NCBI GenBank assembly: GCA_031367385.1
Contig: JANLPS010000101.1
Location: forward strand, 1-28,389
From: Archangium sp.
Lineage (GTDB): Bacteria; Myxococcota; Myxococcia; Myxococcales; Myxococcaceae
Length of the DNA: 28,389 nucleotides
Direction of reading: 5' to 3'
Below the pieces are notes generated by a model. It saw only the letters and a program-made list of their open reading frames with translations, was not told where the DNA came from and did not search any database. Every line of letters begins with the position of its first letter. Position 1 is the stretch's first letter. The translations under genes and the position numbers were made by a program. This document shows, piece by piece, positions 21,735 to 28,389 of this stretch.

Positions 21735-23051
21735 ATGAACTTCGCCTTCGCGTTGGCGCTCGCAGTCGCTGTCGAGCCGCCGTCGTTCGATGCCCTCGTC
21801 AAAGAAACCTCAGCCACCAACACGCCCATCGTCATCGACGTGTTCACCACCTGGTGCAAACCGTGCGCTGAGCTCGAAAAGACGACCTTCAGCAACCCCA
21901 AGGTCATCGCGGCGCTCTCGAAGGCGCGCTTCATTCGGTACGACGCAGAGCGAGGCCCAGGCGTCGAGGTGGCCGATCGGTTCGCGATCAACAGCTACCC
22001 GAGCGTGCTGCTGCTCACGCCCGATGGCACCCTGATGACCCGCCTCGTCGCGCAAACGCCCGAAGGGTTCGTGGCCGAGGTCTCGCCGCTGCTCCCGATC
22101 GCTGGCGTTTCGGGGCCCTTCACCGATGACGCCCTCTCGAAGAAAGACGCCGACCCGCGCGCGCTGTACGTGGCGGGGGTGCAGGCGATGAAGAGCGCTC
22201 CGGCCAAGGCCATGGCGTTGCTCACCAGAGCCGCCGCGCGCGACGCCGATGGCTTGGCGGGAATTCGTGGGCTTGCGCAAACGCACCTCGCGAAAGAGCA
22301 ATACCGGGTTGCGCTGACCGAGGCGAAAATGAAGGCCCTGCTGGCGATGGCACAGGGCGACCCGGCGGTGCCGAGCACGGTTGACGCGCTGGGCTCGCTG
22401 TCACAGTACCCGGGGCAGTACGATCAGGCACAGGCCAAGGCCACCGGCGCTCGAATCTCAGCCGCGCTGGCCAAATCGAAAAATACCGCGGCGCTCAATC
22501 AATTGCTCTACGCGCAGCTGGCCCTGATGGACACCGACGGCGCGTTGGTGACCGCAAAGGCGCTCGAGACGCTCTCAGCGGGCGACTCCAACTCGATGGA
22601 CTCGGTGGCCGAGGCTTACTTTCAAGCGAACCAAAAAGAGAAGGCGATCGAGATCGAGAAGGCGGCGATTGCGCTGGCTCCGTCGAAGGCGCTGCAAGCG
22701 AACCTGGCGCGCTTTCAGACCGAAGAGCCTTCGCTGCCGCCCTATGACGTGTCGAGCCCGTTGCCCGAAGTCGACCCGATGCCCAGCTCGGTGAGCGCCT
22801 ACTTCTCGGCGCAGAAACAGCTGGGAGCCGCGATCGCCGACGAGTGCAAGACCCTCGCGGGCAAGGCGAAGACTGCGTACCTGCGACTGAGTTTCACCGG
22901 CCCCAAAGTCACCAAGGCGCTGGCGTTCGACATCGAGACGCCGGCGGCGCTCAAGCAGTGCTTAGAAAAAGCCGCGAAGACCAAGGCCTCGCCGGCGCTC
23001 GGGTCGCACGGAGACCTTGATTTGCAGGTTCGTTTTCCCCTCCCGAAATGA
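21735..23051 (+). CDS. Exported thioredoxin-fold protein with TPR-like helices and a small C-terminal domain
   Basis: Hydrophobic N-terminus, IDVFTTWCKPC, cis-Pro loop SYPSV, DSVAEAYFQ..KAIEIEKAAIAL TPR. Confidence 0.8.
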   Translation: MNFAFALALAVAVEPPSFDALVKETSATNTPIVIDVFTTWCKPCAELEKTTFSNPKVIAALSKARFIRYDAERGPGVEVADRFAINSYPSVLLLTPDGTLMTRLVAQTPEGFVAEVSPLLPIAGVSGPFTDDALSKKDADPRALYVAGVQAMKSAPAKAMALLTRAAARDADGLAGIRGLAQTHLAKEQYRVALTEAKMKALLAMAQGDPAVPSTVDALGSLSQYPGQYDQAQAKATGARISAALAKSKNTAALNQLLYAQLALMDTDGALVTAKALETLSAGDSNSMDSVAEAYFQANQKEKAIEIEKAAIALAPSKALQANLARFQTEEPSLPPYDVSSPLPEVDPMPSSVSAYFSAQKQLGAAIADECKTLAGKAKTAYLRLSFTGPKVTKALAFDIETPAALKQCLEKAAKTKASPALGSHGDLDLQVRFPLPK

Positions 23052-23063
23052 AACGCGTCGCGC

Positions 23064-25400
23064 TCACCTCGTCGCGAACAGAATCGCCTCGGGCGTACAG
23101 GGCATCGACAGCGACACCTCGCGGCCGGGTTTGAAGGCACCGACCGCGTGACGAATCGCGGCGACCGTCGACAACGCCAGCATCAACGGTGGCTCACCGA
23201 CCGCCTTGCTGCCGTGAATGACTCCGTCTTGCGCGGCATTTTCGAGCAACGACACGTTGAACACACCAGGCGCATCACCAAACGCGGGTATTTTGTAGGT
23301 ATCGGGCGAGTGCGTTTTGCAGAAGCCCTTGTCATCGAAGAGCACCTCTTCACAGGTGAGCCACCCGAGCCCCTGCACGAAGCCACCTTCGATTTGACCG
23401 CGATCAATCGTCGGCACCAGTGACGCGCCCACGTCATGCAAGATATCGACGCGACGCAGCCGGTATTCTCCAGTGAGCCCGCTCACCTCGACCTCACTGA
23501 CGGCCGCTCCATACGCGAAGTAGTGAAACGGTGTACCTCGCGCCGTCAAGCGGTCGTAGGTGATGTCAGGCGTGCGGTAGTACCCAGTCGCCGACAACGA
23601 CACCTGCGCCAAGTACGCCTCATCGGTGACCTTGTGAAACGGCAACGCCAGCTCGGGCCGCGAATCGAGAAACACCTTGTCGCCGGCGAAGAGAATGTGG
23701 CTGGCCGATTCGAAAGGCACGCCGAGCAGCCGCGCCGCGACGGGTTGCAGCCGCTCCCGCAGGGTGGTGCAGGCGTTCTTCACCGCCTGCCCATTCAAGT
23801 CAGAGCCGCTCGAGGCCGCGGTCGCCGAGGTGTTGGGCACCTTGTCGGTCGCGGTGGTCATCACTCGCACCCGGGCGGGTGAAATGCCCAATTCGTGCGC
23901 CGCGATGGCCAGCATCTTGGTGTGAAGCCCCTGCCCCATCTCGGTGCCGCCGTGGTTCAGCTGCACCGACCCATCGGAGTAGATCAGCACCAGCGCTCCG
24001 GCCTGGTTCAAAAAACCCGTGGTGAAGCTGATGCCGAACTTCACCGGCGTGATCGCGATGCCCCGCTTGAGCCACGTGCTCTTCGCGTTCGCCGCCTCGA
24101 GCTCGGCCTTGCGCGCGGCGTAGTCAGACGAAGCGAGCAGCTCGCTCCACACCCGGTGAATGCGGTTGTCTTTCACCTCTTGCCAATACGGCGTGAGGTT
24201 GCGCGGAGCCTCGCCGTAGAAGTTGCGGCGGCGCACCTCGGCCGGCTCGAGCCCCAGCTTCTCGGCGATGCGGCTCATCACCTCTTCGATGACGGCCATG
24301 CCCTGAGGCCCACCGAAGCCGCGAAAGGCGGTGTTCGACGGCAAGTTGGTCTTCGCGACGCGCCCGATGAGCTTCACGTGCGGCAAGAAGTACGCGTTGT
24401 CGCAGTGAAAGAGGGCCCGATCGAGAATCGCCCGAGAGAGATCGGTGCTGAACCCGCCGTCGCTGAACAGCTGCGCCTGCAGCGCAAGCACCTCGCCTTG
24501 CGCGGTGAACCCGACCTCGAAGCGAGAGAAGAACGGGTGGCGTTTCCCGGTCCACATCATGTCTTGGTCGCGGTTGAGCCAGACTTTGACCGGGCGGTTC
24601 AAGGTGGTGGCGGCCAGAGCGGCCATCGCGGCGTACGGAGCGGCTTGGGTTTCTTTGCCTCCGAAGCCTCCGCCCATTCGAGGCACCTCGACCACGATGC
24701 GATGCCGGCCCCAGCCGAGCACGTGGGCGACGATGGTCTGCACTTCACTCGGGTGCTGCGTCGACGAGAGCAGCTTGAGCGACGGGCCCTCTTCGGGCAG
24801 CGCGAGCGTGCAGTGGGTCTCGAGGTAAAAATGATCTTGCCCGCCGGTTCGCACTTCGCCGCTCAAACGCATCGGTGCGGTGGTGAGCGCCTTCACAGCG
24901 TCGCCGCGCTGCATGGTGTGCGGGTCGCTCAGCCAGCTGTCGGCGGCAATCGCCTGGTCGATGCTGGTGATGGCGGGCAGCACCTCGAAGTCGAGCTCGA
25001 TGGCCTTCACCCCGGCGCGGCAGGCCTCGTAGGTCTCGGCGACCACGAGGGCGATCGACTGGCCCATGAACAACACGGTGTCGACAGCGAAGAGGGGCTC
25101 GTCATGAATGACCGGGCCGACATTATTCTCGCCGGGAATGTCGTGGTGGGTGAACACCGCGACTACGCCAGGCGTCGCCTTGGCCCGCGCCGTGTCGAGT
25201 CGCCGAATTTTCGCATGGCCATGCGGAGACGTGACGACCTGTGCGACCAGCGCATTCGCGACCACGATGTCATCGACGTACTGGGCCTCACCGGTGACGT
25301 GCTTGAAGCCCGACTCGTGCAACAACGGTTGGTGCAGCGGCGTCATCGGCTCGTGTGAAGCCGTCGTCGCACTCTTGATGTTCTCCGTAACGCGCATCAT
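23064..25400 (-). CDS. xdhB: Xanthine dehydrogenase molybdopterin-binding subunit
   Basis: HVTGEAQYVDD, GQDHFYLE, RMGGGFGGKETQ, AFRGFGGPQG, GTEMGQG, TAASSGSD, SKAVGEPP. Confidence 0.97.
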   Translation of the reverse strand: MMRVTENIKSATTASHEPMTPLHQPLLHESGFKHVTGEAQYVDDIVVANALVAQVVTSPHGHAKIRRLDTARAKATPGVVAVFTHHDIPGENNVGPVIHDEPLFAVDTVLFMGQSIALVVAETYEACRAGVKAIELDFEVLPAITSIDQAIAADSWLSDPHTMQRGDAVKALTTAPMRLSGEVRTGGQDHFYLETHCTLALPEEGPSLKLLSSTQHPSEVQTIVAHVLGWGRHRIVVEVPRMGGGFGGKETQAAPYAAMAALAATTLNRPVKVWLNRDQDMMWTGKRHPFFSRFEVGFTAQGEVLALQAQLFSDGGFSTDLSRAILDRALFHCDNAYFLPHVKLIGRVAKTNLPSNTAFRGFGGPQGMAVIEEVMSRIAEKLGLEPAEVRRRNFYGEAPRNLTPYWQEVKDNRIHRVWSELLASSDYAARKAELEAANAKSTWLKRGIAITPVKFGISFTTGFLNQAGALVLIYSDGSVQLNHGGTEMGQGLHTKMLAIAAHELGISPARVRVMTTATDKVPNTSATAASSGSDLNGQAVKNACTTLRERLQPVAARLLGVPFESASHILFAGDKVFLDSRPELALPFHKVTDEAYLAQVSLSATGYYRTPDITYDRLTARGTPFHYFAYGAAVSEVEVSGLTGEYRLRRVDILHDVGASLVPTIDRGQIEGGFVQGLGWLTCEEVLFDDKGFCKTHSPDTYKIPAFGDAPGVFNVSLLENAAQDGVIHGSKAVGEPPLMLALSTVAAIRHAVGAFKPGREVSLSMPCTPEAILFATR

Positions 25401-26875
25401 CCGTTCGTCCTGAGGGACTCGGAGGACCCCCGCTCACCGACCGTACCTGTATGACCAGCCCTCAACGCAGGCTGTCTCGTCGTCTCAGTCTCTTCAAAAA
25501 ACCCACGAATCAAGTTCGCCGCAACCAACCCCCGATACGCCGCAGACCCACGGTGATCACCCAGCGGCGTAAAATCCCTGCCAATCTCCAACGCCGCGCG
25601 TTCAGCGACCGCCGCACTCCACACCTGCCCCACGACCGCCGCCTCAGCCCCCGCCGCCCGCTTCGGAGTCGCCGCCATGCCCCCAAACGCAAACCGCGCC
25701 ACGGTCACCACATTCGCCGCATCGGTCTCGACGTAGAGCCCAGCCGACACGGTGCTGATGTCGAGCTCACGCCGCTTCGACACCTTGTACGACACGGCCC
25801 GTGCATCACGCTTCAACAGTGGCACCTCGATCGCCGAGAGCAACTCCTTGGGCCGCAGCTCGGTCTTTCGATACGCGAGAAAGAAGGCCTCGAGCGGCAA
25901 CCGTCGCTCACCTTGCCTTGATCTCAACACCGCAGTCGCACCCAAGCTCAGCAACGCCGGAGCAAGGTCTCCAATCGGAGATGCCGTGCACAGGTTGCCG
26001 CCCACGGTGCCTCGGTGTTTGATCTGCCGAGCGCCGAAGTACCGCACCATGCGGTGCAGCGAAGGCAACCGCGTCGCGCTGAACGCCTCGAGCTCAGAGA
26101 TGGTCACCGCCGCCCCGATGCGAAACCCACTCGCCGTCTCATCGAGCACCTTCAGCGCCGGCAGCGCCTCGAGCGACACCAAGGTCGAAGGCAGTTGAAA
26201 ACGCTTGGTGATCTCCAGCGAGAGATCGGTCCCTCCGATGACGAAGCGCGCGTCGGCGTTCATGTCGAGCACGGCCCAGAGCTCATCGAAGCTGGTCGGC
26301 GTGAAAAACTGCTGCGTCGCGGTCTTGTACGAGAGCGCCATCGACTGGGGCTTCGAGCGCTCCAACGCCTGTGAGAACGAATCGACCGGGCAGGTGCCCG
26401 CGACCTGCTCGGCGGCCTGACGAATCGGGCGATACCCGGTGCAGCGGCACAAATTACCGCACAGCTGATCATCGAGCTTCCACCCGGCGTCGAGGTCTTT
26501 TCGGTAGGTCGCCTCGAACATCGCCATCACGATGCCCGGCGTGCAGTAGCCGCACTGACTGCCCAGCGCCTTGGCCATCGCCTCCTGCGCCGGGTGCACG
26601 GTCTGCGTCTTGAGGGCCTCGACGGTCACCACGTGCTTGCCCTGCAGCATCGGCAGCAACACCAGGCACGAATTCACCGCGCGATACACCGGCGCCCCAG
26701 TGCTCTCGTTCTCGACCACCGCCACCGTGCACGCCCCGCAATCACCCTCGGCGCAGCCCTCTTTGGTGCCCGTCAGGTGCTTCGAGTCACGCAGGTACCG
26801 CAGCAACGTGGTGGTCGGAGGCAACGTCGTCTCCTCGACCCAGGTCCCATTGAGGTTGAAGCGCAACGAGCTCAT
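25397..26875 (-). CDS. xdhA: Xanthine dehydrogenase small subunit (2x[2Fe-2S] + FAD)
   Basis: GTKEGCAEGDCGAC, SQCGYCTPG, GNLCRCTGY, GGTDL, TVGGNL.TASPIGD, YKVSKRRELDIS. Start at ATG 26875. Confidence 0.96.
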   Translation of the reverse strand: MSSLRFNLNGTWVEETTLPPTTTLLRYLRDSKHLTGTKEGCAEGDCGACTVAVVENESTGAPVYRAVNSCLVLLPMLQGKHVVTVEALKTQTVHPAQEAMAKALGSQCGYCTPGIVMAMFEATYRKDLDAGWKLDDQLCGNLCRCTGYRPIRQAAEQVAGTCPVDSFSQALERSKPQSMALSYKTATQQFFTPTSFDELWAVLDMNADARFVIGGTDLSLEITKRFQLPSTLVSLEALPALKVLDETASGFRIGAAVTISELEAFSATRLPSLHRMVRYFGARQIKHRGTVGGNLCTASPIGDLAPALLSLGATAVLRSRQGERRLPLEAFFLAYRKTELRPKELLSAIEVPLLKRDARAVSYKVSKRRELDISTVSAGLYVETDAANVVTVARFAFGGMAATPKRAAGAEAAVVGQVWSAAVAERAALEIGRDFTPLGDHRGSAAYRGLVAANLIRGFFEETETTRQPALRAGHTGTVGERGSSESLRTNG

Positions 26876-26883
26876 CGCGAGCG

Positions 26884-27095
26884 TCAGATAGCACTCTTCA
26901 CGACAGACCGGACGACCTCGAAGCGCTCGTCTGCCCCGGGAGGCACGAAGCGGGCGGTGACCTGATGAAACAGCTCGTCGGAGACCTGGCCCCAGTAGAT
27001 GCCCTCGGGGCGCTCGGCGTTGCGCTGGTGAATGCGCGCCAGACACACCTCGTCTGACGCGTCGAGCCAATGCAATTGGTGATCGGCCTTCACTC
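26884..27095 (-). pseudogene. C-terminal remnant of an AAA_33-type P-loop kinase-like protein
   Basis: ADHQLHWLDASDEVCLARI..RN...VSDELFHQVTARFVPP..DERFEV resembles the C-terminus of this family. No P-loop was found upstream. Confidence 0.55.
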
Positions 27096-27099
27096 GCCT

Positions 27100-27560
27100 A
27101 CTTCTGAAACTCCGCACGCCGAGGCGACCCTTCGCACCTCCGCCTTCGTCACCCAGCTCCCAATGTGCGGTTTGAAGTTCCTTACTGACCGAGTCACCGC
27201 GCCTCGCCGTATTGTCGACGCTCGACCTCGATCACGCGCGTACCCCGCTCCGCTTTCGAAGCAGCCACTCACGCAGGTGGTGACCTCGCCGAGGCTCCGC
27301 GGCCTGACGACTCTCACCTTTTCTTATGCGGCTCCTGGCCTCGGTCGGGCGCTCGCTGCGTGCACAGTACCCTGCGCACCCTCACCCTTCACGATGTCGA
27401 CCAGTTCTCTGACGCCGATGCAGCCGCCGCGTCGAAGCGAAGGGGCTCTCGAAGATCGAAACCCTCACGCTCTTCACCGCCGCAAGACCCTTGGGTCTGA
27501 GCGGCCGACGGCCCCAAGCAACTCTCGCCGGTGCGCGGTGGAGGCTCCGCGTAAAAATGG
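27100..27560 (+). pseudogene. Degraded leucine-rich-repeat protein fragment
   Basis: LRR-like units in three successive frames: SPRLRGLTTLTF, STLRTLTLHDVDQFSDADAAA, VEAKGLSKIETLTLF. Boundaries are approximate. Confidence 0.5.
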
Positions 27561-27791
27561 ACTGTCACGCACGGCTGTGGGGCAACGAATTGCGTCGCCC
27601 GCGTCGAACTCCGTCTTGCGGCAAATTCCGCCTGCATGGTGACACCGCTCCAGCACCGCCGGGCGAGTCAGCCACTCCGCGCTCGGCACGATCCGTACTC
27701 GCGACGGTTGTCAGATGACAGAATTCTGTGTGCAGCATCAGAAAACCCCGATGTGGGGTTTCGTAAGGGCGCGTCTCGCACACACCTACGA

Positions 27792-27807
27792 TGGTGTGGT
27801 ACTTGCT
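27792..27807 (+). promoter_or_regulatory. Sigma-54 -24/-12 promoter candidate
   Basis: TGGTGTGGTACTTGCT has GG-N10-GC spacing and a perfect TTGCT, about 48 nt upstream of ATG 27855. Confidence 0.55.
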
Positions 27808-27854
27808 GGTGGGCCGCTTCTCTTCACCCTTCACCCTTCACCCTTTGGGCCCCT

Positions 27855-28389
27855 ATGACACTCGGACGGATTCCAGGACGTAACAGAAACAGCGGCGCGT
27901 CTGGAGCAAGCGGCGCGTCTGGAGCAAGCGGCGCGTCTGGAGCGAGCGGCGCGTCTGGAGCGAGCGGCGCGTCTGGAGCGAGCGGCGCGTCTGGAGCGAG
28001 CGGCGCGTCTCATCGAACAGGCTATTACACGAACGACACGTTCACTGGAGCGACTGCCGCAACAGGAGCGAGCGGGGCTTCAGGAGCAAGCGGCGCATCA
28101 GGAGCCAGTGGTTCCTACGGCGCATCAGGCGCGAGCGGCGCATCAGGCGCCAGTGGTCCATACGGAGCATCAGGAGCCAGCGGTTCGTACGGAGCATCAG
28201 GGGCGAGCGGCGCCTCGGGAGCCAGCGGTTCATACGGCGCGTCAGGCGCGAGCGGCGCCTCGGGAGCCAGCGGTTCATATGGCGCGTCAGGGGCGAGCGG
28301 CGCCTCGGGAGCCAGCGGTTCATACGGCGCGTCAGGGGCGAGCGGTGCCTCGGGAGCCAGCGGTTCATATGGCGCATCAGGCGCGAGCG
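27855..28389 (+). CDS. Gly-Ala-Ser triplet-repeat protein (3' end outside the window; absent from the ORF track)
   Basis: Manual translation: MTLGRIPGRNRNS-(GAS)13-HRTGYYTNDTFTGATAAT, then GAS runs punctuated by GSY/GPY. No stop, and repeat differences are almost all synonymous in this frame. Confidence 0.85.
   Translation, partial: MTLGRIPGRNRNSGASGASGASGASGASGASGASGASGASGASGASGASGASHRTGYYTNDTFTGATAATGASGASGASGASGASGSYGASGASGASGASGPYGASGASGSYGASGASGASGASGSYGASGASGASGASGSYGASGASGASGASGSYGASGASGASGASGSYGASGAS
27891..28389 (+). repeat. Coding tandem repeats: 18-bp unit (27891-28010) and about 45-bp unit (from about 28190)
   Basis: AGCGGCGCGTCTGGAGCR, about 6.7 near-identical copies, then GGCGCGTCAGGSGCGAGCGGCGCCTCGGGAGCCAGCGGTTCATAY-like units. 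Confidence 0.9.

Noticed and set aside
23895..25358. 487-aa plus-strand ORF
   Set aside because: Antisense shadow of xdhB
27070..27642. 190-aa plus-strand ORF as an intact gene
   Set aside because: Only part of it looks protein-like, and the LRR-like signal leaves this frame near 27365
27831..28377. Arg-rich minus-strand ORFs (27831..28013 and 28042..28377) and an APDAPL-repeat minus frame
   Set aside because: Repeat variation is synonymous in the plus-strand GAS frame but not in the Arg-rich frames, and the APDAP frame contains a TAG stop
27891..28389. Possible CRISPR array
   Set aside because: Units are head-to-tail with no unique spacers, lengths are multiples of 9, and no cas genes are present

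Overview
GC-rich bacterial window whose gene content suggests a myxobacterium (inference). Housekeeping genes are carB, xdhA-xdhB, a DUF47-PiT phosphate transport pair, a DTW-domain tRNA modification enzyme, a crotonase, a 2,4-dienoyl-CoA reductase-type SDR, a CPBP protease and an AraC regulator. The accessory content has five parts. (i) A histidine kinase end converges on an AlgB/NtrC-type sigma-54 activator; divergent from the activator is a frameshifted lipoprotein behind a good -24/-12 promoter. (ii) A minus-strand module runs short ExbB-like protein > ECF sigma > zinc anti-sigma > degenerate hemerythrin > tandem-V4R protein > small ORF. (iii) A 963-aa two-Rossmann flavoprotein-like orphan has a small coupled partner. 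(iv) There are gene-fragment scars and REP-like palindromic elements. (v) A plus-strand ORF missing from the ORF track starts at 27855, is built almost entirely of Gly-Ala-Ser triplets with periodic Gly-Ser-Tyr, and runs off the window. No rRNA, tRNA, CRISPR array or transposase was recognised. All family calls are from motif recognition by eye, not from database searches.
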